Part shown: positions 35,029-44,832 of the stretch, piece after piece
Position numbering within the stretch: the stretch's first letter is position 1
Layout of the letters: each line of letters opens with the position of its first letter
IMG/VR virus record: IMGVR_UViG_3300020152_000001
Location: 44,766-108,765 of that record
DNA length: 64,000 nt
Source of the DNA: a virus
Taxonomy: Duplodnaviria > Heunggongvirae > Uroviricota > Caudoviricetes
Direction: 5' to 3' (one strand)
Position numbers and translations under genes: made by a program
The notes under the pieces: generated by a model
Told to the model about the DNA's origin: nothing
Databases searched by the model: none
What the model saw: the letters and a program-made list of their open reading frames with translations, nothing else

Positions 35029-35440
35029 CCAAGCTTCATTGAAGGGACTGAAGATTATGACCACGGACGAGATCGACGCCGAAATCCGGCCGCTAAACGA
35101 CTTCCAGAGACTGGCGATGCAGGCCGCGCTCTCGCAGCCTCTCGAATTGCCGTCACTGAACAGCGACGCGCTTGAACTACTGATCGACCTTCGAGGGCGA
35201 AAGCTGCTGAAGCGGGACGAAGAAGACAACCACTTGATGCTCACTCGGCGTGGGCGCGCTGTCGCCGAACGTCTCAACTACGACGCCCATTCGATCGAAG
35301 ATCGTCTCACGTTCACTGCGCGTACCTCTAGCGCGCCCAGACACGTCTGTCAGTTGATGGACGAAGCCGCGAAAGAAATCACCACTCTTCGCATACAACT
35401 CGCGGACGCCTGCGAGCAGCTGGACATTTCATTTCAATGA
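35018..35440 (+). CDS. hypothetical protein
   Basis: ORF in operon. Confidence 0.35.
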   Translation: MAADQASLKGLKIMTTDEIDAEIRPLNDFQRLAMQAALSQPLELPSLNSDALELLIDLRGRKLLKRDEEDNHLMLTRRGRAVAERLNYDAHSIEDRLTFTARTSSAPRHVCQLMDEAAKEITTLRIQLADACEQLDISFQ

Positions 35441-35973
35441 GTGGGGAGATCAAAGTACAGGTCCGCAAGCGTGGGTTCGGCTCTAACGGCGCCGGACATC
35501 GACTCACAGTCACTGTATCTAACCGAGACGCGAACGAACTTGACCTCGAAGCCGCCTATCTCGGCGTGCCTACGGCAGCCCTCGCCAGGACTTTTATTTC
35601 TGAAGGCCTTACTCGTCTAAAGGCAACTTCAGTTTCCAATAACAGTGGGCTAACGGAAAACGAAGTTTCCATTATTCCTGAGGACGACAGCGCCACTATC
35701 CCAAACCACTGGCTAGACGACCTCGTAGGCCTGAAGCCGCTCGTGGACTCGTCCTATCGTCGCGAGCCCTTCCCCTATCGCGGCTGGTCGCGCTTCTGGC
35801 ACTGCGTCTTCACCGCCGGTCTGCTGAGTTTGATTCCCTGGGGACTGATCATCGGCCTCATGATCAAACTCGACGCCGAGATCAATCTCTTCCTCAACCC
35901 CGTCACCGTGATGCTCGTCTGCGCGGCGCCGCTGTTCCTGCACATGTTCTGCTCGAAAAGCGAATACGGATGA
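35437..35973 (+). CDS. hypothetical membrane protein (C-terminal TMs)
   Basis: ATGA coupling. Hydrophobic C-terminal third. Confidence 0.4.
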   Translation: MSGEIKVQVRKRGFGSNGAGHRLTVTVSNRDANELDLEAAYLGVPTAALARTFISEGLTRLKATSVSNNSGLTENEVSIIPEDDSATIPNHWLDDLVGLKPLVDSSYRREPFPYRGWSRFWHCVFTAGLLSLIPWGLIIGLMIKLDAEINLFLNPVTVMLVCAAPLFLHMFCSKSEYG

Positions 35974-36227
35974 AACTCAGCCGCCGCAGCTTTTTCGGAG
36001 TGGGCCTCGCCGTTGGAGCCATTGCGGCCTCAGCAGGTAAAGCCGCCTCTGAACCTCCACAGCCAACTGCTCCGGCTGTTGCTGTCGATGAAATTCGGGG
36101 CCTCAACTTCAGAGGCCCTTACTCGCCGCTCGACAATTATGTCGTCGGCGATGTCGTCCACTATCACGGCGGCGTATATTTGTGCGCCAACGGATGGCAG
36201 GTGCTCGCGGCTCCTGGCCATCCGTGA
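35970..36227 (+). CDS. small secreted protein with twin-arginine (Tat) signal
   Basis: MKLSRRSFFGVGLAVGAIAASAG is a Tat-type signal (SRRxFF). Confidence 0.5.
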   Translation: MKLSRRSFFGVGLAVGAIAASAGKAASEPPQPTAPAVAVDEIRGLNFRGPYSPLDNYVVGDVVHYHGGVYLCANGWQVLAAPGHP

Positions 36228-36532
36228 AGCCGCAGGTTTTCAACCGACACCACGGCAACGTTCCAGCAGACGCAGTCTACATCGGCCGAGGCAGTAAGTG
36301 GGGAAACCCCTTCGTCGTCGGCCGAGACGGCACCAGGGCGCAATGTCTGCGCGCCTACAGAGAATACTTGCTGTCAAACGCGGCGCTGATGGCGTCGCTT
36401 CATGAACTCCGAGGAAAGCACCTTGTCTGTTACTGCAAACCCAAACCCTGCCACGGGGACATCCTCGTCTACCTCGCAAACCCGCCCGCCGCTTCGGAAG
36501 ATCGAAAGTGCGTTGTCGATCTACCAGGGTGA
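36182..36532 (+). CDS. DUF4326-family protein
   Basis: VYIGRGSKWGNPF and CYCKPKPCHGDIL are the DUF4326 signatures. GTG start; ATG at 36194 is an alternative. Confidence 0.6.
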   Translation: MRQRMAGARGSWPSVKPQVFNRHHGNVPADAVYIGRGSKWGNPFVVGRDGTRAQCLRAYREYLLSNAALMASLHELRGKHLVCYCKPKPCHGDILVYLANPPAASEDRKCVVDLPG

Positions 36533-36782
36533 GTTCATCACCTTTGAAGAAATCTCACCGGCGCCGAAGACCCAACGCTGGGCCGTGCTGTCGACGCAAG
36601 GTCGAGATGTCTTGGGTCACGTGAAGTGGTTCGGCCGCTGGCGGAAATACTGCTTCTTTCCCGCTGAGGGATGCGTTTTCGAAGAGAAGTGCATGCGTGA
36701 CATCGCGCTCTTCATTGAAGACCGCACAGCGGAATTTCGACGAGACGTTACCGCGATAGTCGCGGCGCTGAAAGACGAGTGA
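36402..36782 (+). CDS. hypothetical protein
   Basis: Overlaps the DUF4326 3' end by about 130 nt. Start uncertain. Confidence 0.3.
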   Translation: MNSEESTLSVTANPNPATGTSSSTSQTRPPLRKIESALSIYQGEFITFEEISPAPKTQRWAVLSTQGRDVLGHVKWFGRWRKYCFFPAEGCVFEEKCMRDIALFIEDRTAEFRRDVTAIVAALKDE

Positions 36783-37066
36783 TGTCTGAGCTTTCACTAG
36801 AACGAATTCCCGCGACCGAGGCCAACATCAGAGCGCAAGCGGTCAGAAATGCTCGTGAACTCGGCTGGCTTCGCGAAGGCCAAATGATCAAGGTCCAGGT
36901 CTTTACCGATCCTCACCCGCACTTCGGCGACGGCGGCACCATCGGCAACGTCATCAGCAGCTACGGCATAACTTGTCAGATAGGCCGCCGCGACGGCGAG
37001 TGGGATGCCGTCATCGTCCGTGAACCCAACGCCACCAAGTTCTTGAACCTCTATCTCGATCCATGA
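36779..37066 (+). CDS. hypothetical protein
   Basis: ATGA coupling on both sides. Confidence 0.4.
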   Translation: MMSELSLERIPATEANIRAQAVRNARELGWLREGQMIKVQVFTDPHPHFGDGGTIGNVISSYGITCQIGRRDGEWDAVIVREPNATKFLNLYLDP

Positions 37067-38691
37067 TGTCCGCAGCGAGTCGCCTGGAGCTTAGCTACGC
37101 TCCCGACTCCGACTTTGAAATTGAAGCACCTCCGGGGAAAACCTACCTCCCCTATCAGCGCGCCGCCGTGGAGTACGCGCTGGGAATTCGTCACGTCCTC
37201 ATTGCCGACCCGCCGGGGTTGGGGAAGACGATCGAAGCCATCGCGATAATCAACACCGACGAAAGCATTCGTCGCGTCCTCATCGCCTGCCCTGCGTATC
37301 TCAAACAAAACTGGCACCGCGAACTCGATAAGTGGCTGGTGCCCGATCTCACGTTCGGCATCGCCGACGCAGAATACATCGAGCGAGAGCAAGTCGGCGT
37401 CTTCTCGAAAGGCAAGAACGCCGGGAAGCCGCGCTACCGCGTAAAGGCGAGGCACAAAGACTACTGGCCCGACACCGACATCGTCATCGTCAACTATGAA
37501 ATCCTGAAGCGCTTTCCCGAGAAGCTGCAGGAGATCGAGTGGGACCTGCTGATCACCGACGAAGGCCACTACATCTCCAACAAGAAGGCCGATCGTTCGA
37601 AGCATATCTGGGGCTTCAACCCCAAACGGCAGAAGGGGAAGCATCGCGAAGGCAAAGAGGTGAAGCCTCTGCGCTACCGGCGTTGGGTCGTGACGACGGG
37701 GACGCCGATCATGACGCACCCTATCGACTTGTGGCCGTTCTTGGAGCGCTTCGACCCGCAGGGACTCGGCCGCAACTACGTCTCCTACATCCGCAAATAC
37801 TGCGGCGCCGTCCGCAATGGATTCGGTTGGGAGATCGGCACCCCGAGCGACGCCGCTCTCGAAGAGCTGCAACAGCGGATGCGGGCGGTGTTCATGATCC
37901 GCCGCGACAAGCGCGAAGTCCTGAAAGACCTCCCCGACAAGACCCGCCAGATCATCCCCCTGCCCAAGGCCGGGCTCGCGGAACTAGCCGACGAAGAGCT
38001 GGACGCCGTCGAGACCGGCCTGAGGTTCTGGGAAGAGCGTCTGGGCATCAAGAAGCCCGAGAAGGAGGCATGGACCTGGGCGAACCTTGCGGAGGCCCTG
38101 GAGGCGAAGTTCGGTCACCTGGGCGGCCTCAGCTACGAGGACGCGGTCGAGCATCTGAAGCCCGACGAGAAGCCTGTATTCGAGGCCCTGAGCGTGGCCC
38201 GGCGCCGGCTGGCCCTGGCGAAGGTCCCCATGGTCGTCGAGCACGTCGGCGGCCTCATACAGGCTGGCGAGAAGGTCATTGTCTTCGCCGTCCACAAAGA
38301 AGTCTGCGAGGCCGTCGCCAAGGGCTTGGAGGCCTATCAGGCGCGGCCCGTCGTCATCACCGGCTCTACCCCCGCCAACCGCCGGCAGGGGCTTGTAGAC
38401 CGCTTCCAGGACGATGCCAGCTGCCGGGCGGCCGTGGGCAACATGCTGGCCATGGGGACGGGCTACACCATGACCGAGGCCCGGTTTGTGGTCTTCGCCG
38501 AACTCTCCTGGGTCCCGTCTGAGCTGGAGCAAGCCGAAGACCGGGCGTGGCGGCTGGGCCAGAAGAACGCCGTCGTCTCCCAACATCTCGTCGTCGAGGA
38601 CAGCCTCGAAGGTCACATGGCCGGGATCATCGTCGAGCGGATGGAGGTCATTTCCAAGGCCCTAGATCGCCGGCCCGTTAATTCTGCTTGA
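37063..38691 (+). CDS. SNF2-family helicase
   Basis: ADPPGLGKT, LITDEGHYISN (DEGH box), TGTP, and helicase-C motifs GNMLAMGTGYTMTEA...QAEDRAWRLGQ. Confidence 0.85.
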   Translation: MMSAASRLELSYAPDSDFEIEAPPGKTYLPYQRAAVEYALGIRHVLIADPPGLGKTIEAIAIINTDESIRRVLIACPAYLKQNWHRELDKWLVPDLTFGIADAEYIEREQVGVFSKGKNAGKPRYRVKARHKDYWPDTDIVIVNYEILKRFPEKLQEIEWDLLITDEGHYISNKKADRSKHIWGFNPKRQKGKHREGKEVKPLRYRRWVVTTGTPIMTHPIDLWPFLERFDPQGLGRNYVSYIRKYCGAVRNGFGWEIGTPSDAALEELQQRMRAVFMIRRDKREVLKDLPDKTRQIIPLPKAGLAELADEELDAVETGLRFWEERLGIKKPEKEAWTWANLAEALEAKFGHLGGLSYEDAVEHLKPDEKPVFEALSVARRRLALAKVPMVVEHVGGLIQAGEKVIVFAVHKEVCEAVAKGLEAYQARPVVITGSTPANRRQGLVDRFQDDASCRAAVGNMLAMGTGYTMTEARFVVFAELSWVPSELEQAEDRAWRLGQKNAVVSQHLVVEDSLEGHMAGIIVERMEVISKALDRRPVNSA

Positions 38692-38734
38692 CAAATGACG
38701 TAAGTTTGGCTTACCCTATGGGGAAGGAATAAGA

Positions 38735-39343
38735 ATGCTTCGACTGGTATGGACGCGGCCCGGCCGCAAGGACACGTGGATCACCACTGTCTCCGGTCGC
38801 AAGATCGCACCGTTCGACCCAAAACCCGAACAGTTTGAGATCAGCGACCTCGCTCACTCACTCTCGCGCCAGTGCCGCTTCGGCGGTCACATTGAGCCGT
38901 TCTATTCGGTGGCGCAGCATAGCGTCTACGTGATGCGAGCGACCAAGCTCTCTATGGCGAAGTATTGGGGGCTGATGCACGACGCCAGCGAGGCCGTGAT
39001 CACCGACCTCCCGACTCCGATCAAGCGCTACATCCCAGACTACGAGGCCGCTGAAGACAAAATTCAGCGCGTGATCTCGCGTCGCTTCCACATTCCCCGT
39101 GGGCCCACAGTCGACGCCGCAGTGAAGGAAGCCGACACGCTGCTGCTGTGCTGGGAAGCATACACGCTGCACCCGGACCCCATGTCCATGAACTTCCTCA
39201 AGCGTCTCGCCGGCAGAGTGCCGAAGGGTACGCTCCGCGATCTCGATCCCCAATTCCGTTGCTGGTCTCCAGACGAAGCCAAGGCGAGATTCCTCGCCGA
39301 GTTCGCTGAGATTTCGCCGTTCGTCACAGCTGAGGCGGCGTAA
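38735..39343 (+). CDS. HD-domain phosphohydrolase (YfbR-like)
   Basis: ISDLAHSLSRQCRFGGH ... AQHS ... LMHDASE supplies the H...HD...D metal ligands. Confidence 0.6.
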   Translation: MLRLVWTRPGRKDTWITTVSGRKIAPFDPKPEQFEISDLAHSLSRQCRFGGHIEPFYSVAQHSVYVMRATKLSMAKYWGLMHDASEAVITDLPTPIKRYIPDYEAAEDKIQRVISRRFHIPRGPTVDAAVKEADTLLLCWEAYTLHPDPMSMNFLKRLAGRVPKGTLRDLDPQFRCWSPDEAKARFLAEFAEISPFVTAEAA

Positions 39344-39997
39344 ATGACCGACGAACTCACTGACGAACAACTGAAAAGCTTGCGGCCGGCGAAGAAGCGA
39401 CGCAGAGACGCTGCCATGGGCGATCTCGGCTACGAGCGCATCGCCGCCGATTTCTATCCGACTGAGGAGCAGTGGACGAAGAGACTCGTCCCCTATCTCA
39501 AAACAAAAATTGGCCCTGACGACATCATCTGGGAATGTGCCGCCGGCGCCGGCGATATGAGCGACGTTCTCATTGGCGCTGGGTTCAGAGTTCTCGCCAC
39601 CGACCTCCACGACCGCAACCATCCTCTAATCTGGAGCGGCATGGACTTCCTCAAGGAAAAAGAGCTGCCTTCTGATCCGAACTTCGGATGCGTTGGAGGT
39701 CGGAAGGTGCGCGCCATCGTCACCAATCCCCCGTACTCGCATGCGAAGGAATTCCTTCTGCACGCGATCGAACTCACGCGCCCTGCGGAAGGCATCGTCT
39801 GCATGTATCTCCGCAACGAGTACGATACCGCGAAGGGACGCATGGGTCTCTTCAACAAGCCGCCGTTCGCCGCGAAGATCGTCACCTGTGGGCGCCCTCG
39901 CTGGATCAAAGGCAGTAAAGGCGGCCCTCGACACACCTACGCTTGGTACGTCTTCGACCACCGACATCAAGGCCCGGCGCAAATCTTCTACGCCTAA
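39344..39997 (+). CDS. DNA methyltransferase, NPPY type (N6-adenine or N4-cytosine)
   Basis: Motif I IWECAAGAGDMSDVL and motif IV IVTNPPY. Confidence 0.7.
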   Translation: MTDELTDEQLKSLRPAKKRRRDAAMGDLGYERIAADFYPTEEQWTKRLVPYLKTKIGPDDIIWECAAGAGDMSDVLIGAGFRVLATDLHDRNHPLIWSGMDFLKEKELPSDPNFGCVGGRKVRAIVTNPPYSHAKEFLLHAIELTRPAEGIVCMYLRNEYDTAKGRMGLFNKPPFAAKIVTCGRPRWIKGSKGGPRHTYAWYVFDHRHQGPAQIFYA

Positions 39998-40023
39998 CGA
40001 CGTAAGTCTAACTGACACGGTCT

Positions 40024-42102
40024 ATGGAAAAGCTACGGACTGCAATCTGGGACATCGAAACCGATGGCTTGCTCGACAAGCTTACGCGGATTCACGTCCT
40101 CGCTATCCTGGAGCAGGAGTCCCAACGACGTTGGGTATTCCGTCAAAACGCGCGCGAGAACACCATCGAGCAAGGTCTCGAAATGGTGGCGAACGCCGAG
40201 CTGAACGTCGGCCACAACACCCTCCACTTCGACATCCCCGCCTGCGAAAAAGTCTATCCAGGCTTCGAAGTCAAAGGCCGCTGCCGCGACACCTTGGTGA
40301 TGTCTCGCCTCATCTTCCCGGATGAGAAGCAGCGAGACTTCATGCGCTTCGAGCGCGGCAAGCTCCCTGGCAAGCTCATCGGCGCCAACTCGCTCGACGC
40401 CTGGGGCTATCGCCTGAACTGCGGCAAAGGCGACTACAAGGCCGTCAAAGAACAGGAAGCCAAAGACAAAGGCATCACCGACCCTGACGAGATCGCCGCA
40501 TATGTCTGGGGCGAGTGGAATCAGGAGATGGAAGACTACGGCGTCCATGACCCCGTGGTCACTCAAGCGCTTTGGCGCCACTGCAACGCCGCGCGTTTCA
40601 GCGAAGATTCGATTATCCTCGAACATCGCATCCACGACTTTATGGGGAAGCAGGAGCGCAACGGCGTTCCGTTCAATCGCGAAGACGCCGAGAAACTCGC
40701 CGCCGGCCTCGAAGATGAGATGTTTCATCTCGTCGGCATCACCAAAGAGCACTACGGCAGTTGGTACGCTCCGGCGAAGAAGCGCATCGTCGCGCCTCGG
40801 TGGCATGACCCCGAGGGCAAGAACGAAGCGAAGTCGTACAAAGAGCCTCACTTCGAGCACGGCCAAGATCGCAACCGCGCCGTCTGGGGCGAGATCGCGA
40901 TTCCGAAGAAGACCATCCGCTACAAGGATAAGCAAAAAGGCGACCGCACCGAAGGCTGCGCCTACACGCCCATCCAGGTCAAAGAATTCAACCCGCTGTC
41001 GCGGGAAAACATCATCGATCGCTTCATAACCGTCTACGACTGGGACCCTCAGGAATTCACTGAGACCGGCCGGCCGGCGGTGAATGACGACGTTCTCCGA
41101 ACGCTCGTCGAGAAGATTCCCATGGCCGAAGAGCTGGCGGAAATCTTCTTCTACAAAAAGCTTCTGGGCCAGCTGAAGGACGGAGCGCAGTCCTGGCTCA
41201 ACGCCGTCGACGACGACGGCATGATCCATCACTACTGCAACGTCGGCGGTACGATCTCCGGCCGCGCCTCGCACGTCGGGCCCAACCTGGGTCAGGTGCC
41301 GTCTGTCGTCGTCAAAGACATCAAAGACGAGCTAGGCAACAAGATCGGCAAGCAAGTCGTCGAAGGCCGCGCTGGCGACTTTGGCTGGGAATGCCGCAAC
41401 CTCTTCTACGTGCCGGACCCTTACGTGCTCCTCGGCACCGACATGAGCGGCATCGAGTTCCGCTGCCTCGCCAATCTCACATACAAGTACGACAAAGGCG
41501 AACTCCTGGATGTCGTGCTTCACGGCGACATCCATGAGATGAACCGCGAAGCCGCAGGGCTGAAGTCCCGCGCCCAGGCGAAGACCTTCATCTACGCGTA
41601 CATCTACGGCGCCGGCGACTGGAAACTCGGCCACATTGCCGACCCGTATCTCACGGACTCGCAGAAGATTGCACTCGGCAAGCTTCTGCGCCGCACCTTC
41701 GAAGAGCGCATTCCAGCTCTCGGCAAAGTCGTCAAGGAAATCGGTCGCCAAGCTGCGAGCGGCAACATCCTTGGTCTCGACGGCCGCTGGCTGCGCGTTC
41801 GCGGCCAACACGCGGCGCTGAACCTCAAGCTCCAATCGGATGCTGCGGTTCTCGCGAAGCAGTGGATTCTGAACTTCCTCGACGGGATGGACGATGCCGG
41901 CCTCCGCGAAGGCTGGGGCGGCGACTGGGTCCAGCTGCTGTGGGTTCACGACGAACTTCAGCAGGCAATCCTCCCGAAGCACGTCGACTTCGCAAAGCAC
42001 CTCCAAGCGAAGGCCGCGAAGGACGCGGGCGCTCGCTTCGGCTTCGTCCCGCCGGTCGACGTGGAATCGAAAATCGGCCGCACGTGGGCGCAAACACACT
42101 GA
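40024..42102 (+). CDS. family A DNA polymerase (3'-5' exo plus pol domains, no 5'-3' exo)
   Basis: Exo I AIWDIETDGL. Motif A LGTDMSGIEFRCLA, motif B KTFIYAYIYGAG, motif C LLWVHDELQ. Confidence 0.9.
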   Translation: MEKLRTAIWDIETDGLLDKLTRIHVLAILEQESQRRWVFRQNARENTIEQGLEMVANAELNVGHNTLHFDIPACEKVYPGFEVKGRCRDTLVMSRLIFPDEKQRDFMRFERGKLPGKLIGANSLDAWGYRLNCGKGDYKAVKEQEAKDKGITDPDEIAAYVWGEWNQEMEDYGVHDPVVTQALWRHCNAARFSEDSIILEHRIHDFMGKQERNGVPFNREDAEKLAAGLEDEMFHLVGITKEHYGSWYAPAKKRIVAPRWHDPEGKNEAKSYKEPHFEHGQDRNRAVWGEIAIPKKTIRYKDKQKGDRTEGCAYTPIQVKEFNPLSRENIIDRFITVYDWDPQEFTETGRPAVNDDVLRTLVEKIPMAEELAEIFFYKKLLGQLKDGAQSWLNAVDDDGMIHHYCNVGGTISGRASHVGPNLGQVPSVVVKDIKDELGNKIGKQVVEGRAGDFGWECRNLFYVPDPYVLLGTDMSGIEFRCLANLTYKYDKGELLDVVLHGDIHEMNREAAGLKSRAQAKTFIYAYIYGAGDWKLGHIADPYLTDSQKIALGKLLRRTFEERIPALGKVVKEIGRQAASGNILGLDGRWLRVRGQHAALNLKLQSDAAVLAKQWILNFLDGMDDAGLREGWGGDWVQLLWVHDELQQAILPKHVDFAKHLQAKAAKDAGARFGFVPPVDVESKIGRTWAQTH

Positions 42103-42161
42103 CGATGTTAATTTTCGCTTGACTTCTGCGTAAGTCTCGCTTACACCCGGAGAACACTGAC

Positions 42162-42608
42162 ATGACCACCGAGACTCCGGCCGCTACGGCCGATCAGGCT
42201 CCCGACACCGCGAATGCGGTGCCCGCAGCTCCCACCCCTCCGACCCAACGCCGCCAACAGCTTCCGCTGGCGTATCGCGCTGGGATACTGATCGGTCGCC
42301 TCATCCAGGCGTTGACGGTGACGATTGTCTTCGGCCCGCTCCTGGTCGCTGGTTTGAAGCTCTTCGGAGTCGAAGGCTTCGTGGCGCTGGGCTACGCCGC
42401 GATCTTCTCGCCATATCTCCTCATCGTCGTCGCCGCCATCATCTACTCCCTCGCCTTCCACGCGACGTTCGCGGCGACGACGCAGGTGATGACGCAGCGC
42501 GACATGCTCGCCGCGCAATACTACCAGCAGCAGCAAGCCCTAGCCGCAGCAGCGGCGAAGTCGGCGCCGGCGGTGTCCAAGAACTACAAGCGTCGGCGGG
42601 CTCACTGA
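42162..42608 (+). CDS. hypothetical membrane protein
   Basis: Ala/Pro-rich N-terminus then 2-3 TM helices. Confidence 0.45.
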   Translation: MTTETPAATADQAPDTANAVPAAPTPPTQRRQQLPLAYRAGILIGRLIQALTVTIVFGPLLVAGLKLFGVEGFVALGYAAIFSPYLLIVVAAIIYSLAFHATFAATTQVMTQRDMLAAQYYQQQQALAAAAAKSAPAVSKNYKRRRAH

Positions 42609-42609
42609 T

Positions 42610-43224
42610 ATGACGGCGACGCTCTTCTTCGATACCGAAACCACAGGCCGCGTCCAGAAGTGGGATGCCCCTCCGTCCGACCCCTCGCACCCGATGCCTG
42701 TGCAGCTCGCGGCAATCCTCCGCGACGACGACACGCTGAAGGAAATCTCCAGCCTCAACGTCATCATCCGTCCTGAGGGTTGGGTGATTGAGCCCGGCGC
42801 CGCCGCCGTTCACGGCATCAGCCAAGAGTATGCAGCGCAGTACGGCATCGCGTTGGAGAACGCCACGTGGGCGTTCATGGGCATGCTCAACGCCGCTGAC
42901 ATGGTTGTGGCTCACAACCTCCGCTTCGACGCCACGGTCATGCGCCGCGCCGCACACGTCGCCGAGGTCCCGGACATCTTCGCTGAGAAGCGTCCGCGCT
43001 GCACGATGCTGGCTTCGATCCCAATCTGCCGCATCCTCCACAAGCGGCCTCGTCACCCAACGGACTTCAAATATCCGAAGCTCGACGAAGCCATGCTCTA
43101 TTTCTTCAACACCGGCGTCGGCGACGACGCGCACGACGCCCTCGTCGACGTGCGGGCCTGCATCCGCGTTCACGACGAACTCCAGAAGATGCGGGCGTTC
43201 CCTGACATGGCGGCAGCGGCCTGA
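42610..43224 (+). CDS. DnaQ-like DEDDh 3'-5' exonuclease
   Basis: Exo I FFDTETTG, Exo II VAHNLRFD, Exo III AHDALVD. Confidence 0.8.
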   Translation: MTATLFFDTETTGRVQKWDAPPSDPSHPMPVQLAAILRDDDTLKEISSLNVIIRPEGWVIEPGAAAVHGISQEYAAQYGIALENATWAFMGMLNAADMVVAHNLRFDATVMRRAAHVAEVPDIFAEKRPRCTMLASIPICRILHKRPRHPTDFKYPKLDEAMLYFFNTGVGDDAHDALVDVRACIRVHDELQKMRAFPDMAAAA

Positions 43225-43622
43225 TGCAGTTGGCTCTTCAATACCGAGAAGAGCACGCGAAGTTTCCCGTAGGGCGGGTGACTTCGACGTGCTTGCGTGG
43301 CGACGAAGCTTTCAAGCGTCTTCAAGTGGGCGACATCGTCCAGGTTGAGGCCATTGAAGGCGCAAACAACGACATCCGGCACCTCGGCGAAGCCGCGATC
43401 ACGGCGAAGAAGCTCACGACCAAGCTCTTTGTTCTTCGTGACGCCCACGAGAACCACTTCTGTCAAGCGGTCGGCGGCCTGCCGTCGAAGCTCATGCAGG
43501 ACGATCTCGATTGGGCCGAACGCACGCTCGAAGACGTGATCACGGCGCTGCACGGCGAACTCCCGCAGGATGAGGTCTTCACCGTCCTCTACCTACTTCC
43601 CCTCAACGCACGGCAAGACTGA
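43224..43622 (+). CDS. hypothetical protein
   Basis: ATGA coupling. Confidence 0.45.
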   Translation: MQLALQYREEHAKFPVGRVTSTCLRGDEAFKRLQVGDIVQVEAIEGANNDIRHLGEAAITAKKLTTKLFVLRDAHENHFCQAVGGLPSKLMQDDLDWAERTLEDVITALHGELPQDEVFTVLYLLPLNARQD

Positions 43623-43774
43623 TGAAGTATCTCGTTCTCGTCGACGGCTTCGCTTCTTTCGAGTGTGAAGCCGACAATCGCACCGACGCCATCGAGCAAT
43701 ACATCGATGCGTTTGGCGAGACCTCAGCCGAACTCGATGCCGTCCCAGATGACGATCAAGGCTCCTGGTAATGG
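43622..43774 (+). CDS. hypothetical 50-aa acidic protein
   Basis: MKYLVLVDGFASFECEADNRTD.... Coupled to both neighbours. Below the track cutoff. Confidence 0.3.
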
Positions 43775-44832
43775 CCGCTCTCGACTTCAAACAGATTTTC
43801 AACGACTACATCGCCGACACCCAGAAGAAGTGGGCGCACGACCGCTCGACTACGTTGGGTGCGTCGGAAGTCTTCGGCTGCATCCGCAAGGCGTGGTTCT
43901 CGAAGCGCGGCGCCGAGTTCGGCTACGAGAAAGACCCCGACTACGAAGAGTCGTGGGGCGCTACGCGTCGCGGCGACCTCATCGAAAACTTCCACGTGGT
44001 CCCGGCGATGAAATATCTCCCGCCGCCGGCCGAGATCAAATACGCGGGCGAGGATCAAGAGACCATTGTTCTCGATCGCAACTCCGCGACTCCGGACGGC
44101 CTGATCACCGGGCTCACAAAGGATGCGCTGAAGAACTACGGTGTCGACAACATCAAGTCGAACTGCATCGTCCTCGAAATCAAGTCGATCGATCCCCGCG
44201 TCAATCTCAAGGCCGAGAAAGACATTCACCACGGGCAAACCCAGGTGCAGATGGGCATCATTCGTGAGACCACGAAATTCCGTCCGCACTACGCCGTTGT
44301 TCTCTACATCGACGCCAGCTTCCTGGACGACATCAAGGTCTTCGTCGTCGAGTTCGACGAGAAGAAGTGGGAGGTCGCGAAGAAGCGCGCCGGCAATGTT
44401 TGGTCGATCGACGATCCAAAAAAGCTGACCCCCGAAGGCAAGTTCGACGGCAGCTGCGAATACTGCCCGTACACGCACGCTTGCGCTTTCGTCACCAACG
44501 GCATGATCCCAGAGACGTTGGCGAAGAAGGGCAAGTTCGTCGCCGTCGACGACAAGCTACTGGAAACGCTGCTCGCGTCCTATGGCGCTATCACTGAGAA
44601 GAAGAAGGCCGTCGAGGCCGACTACGAACTCATTCGGCAGCAGATCAAGGAACGCCTTGTCGAGGTCGGCGACAGCCGCGTGCAAACCGATCGCGGCAAG
44701 GTCTCGTGGTCGAAGCAAAAGGGCCGCGAAACCCTGGATACCGAGGCCATGGAAGCCGATGGCATCGACCTCGGCAGATACAAAAAGGAAGGCGCTGCCT
44801 TCGACAAGCTGACGATTACGCTCGACGATTGA
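43771..44832 (+). CDS. PD-(D/E)xK exonuclease, Cas4/YqaJ-like with C-terminal Cys cluster
   Basis: GASEVFGCIRKAWF, VLEIKS (E-x-K), CEYCPYTHAC cysteine cluster. Confidence 0.6.
   Translation: MAALDFKQIFNDYIADTQKKWAHDRSTTLGASEVFGCIRKAWFSKRGAEFGYEKDPDYEESWGATRRGDLIENFHVVPAMKYLPPPAEIKYAGEDQETIVLDRNSATPDGLITGLTKDALKNYGVDNIKSNCIVLEIKSIDPRVNLKAEKDIHHGQTQVQMGIIRETTKFRPHYAVVLYIDASFLDDIKVFVVEFDEKKWEVAKKRAGNVWSIDDPKKLTPEGKFDGSCEYCPYTHACAFVTNGMIPETLAKKGKFVAVDDKLLETLLASYGAITEKKKAVEADYELIRQQIKERLVEVGDSRVQTDRGKVSWSKQKGRETLDTEAMEADGIDLGRYKKEGAAFDKLTITLDD

Noticed and set aside
37539-38522. 327-aa Arg/Pro/Gly-rich plus-strand ORF
   Set aside because: Alternative frame inside the SNF2 helicase gene. Extreme Arg/Pro composition typical of GC-rich off-frames.
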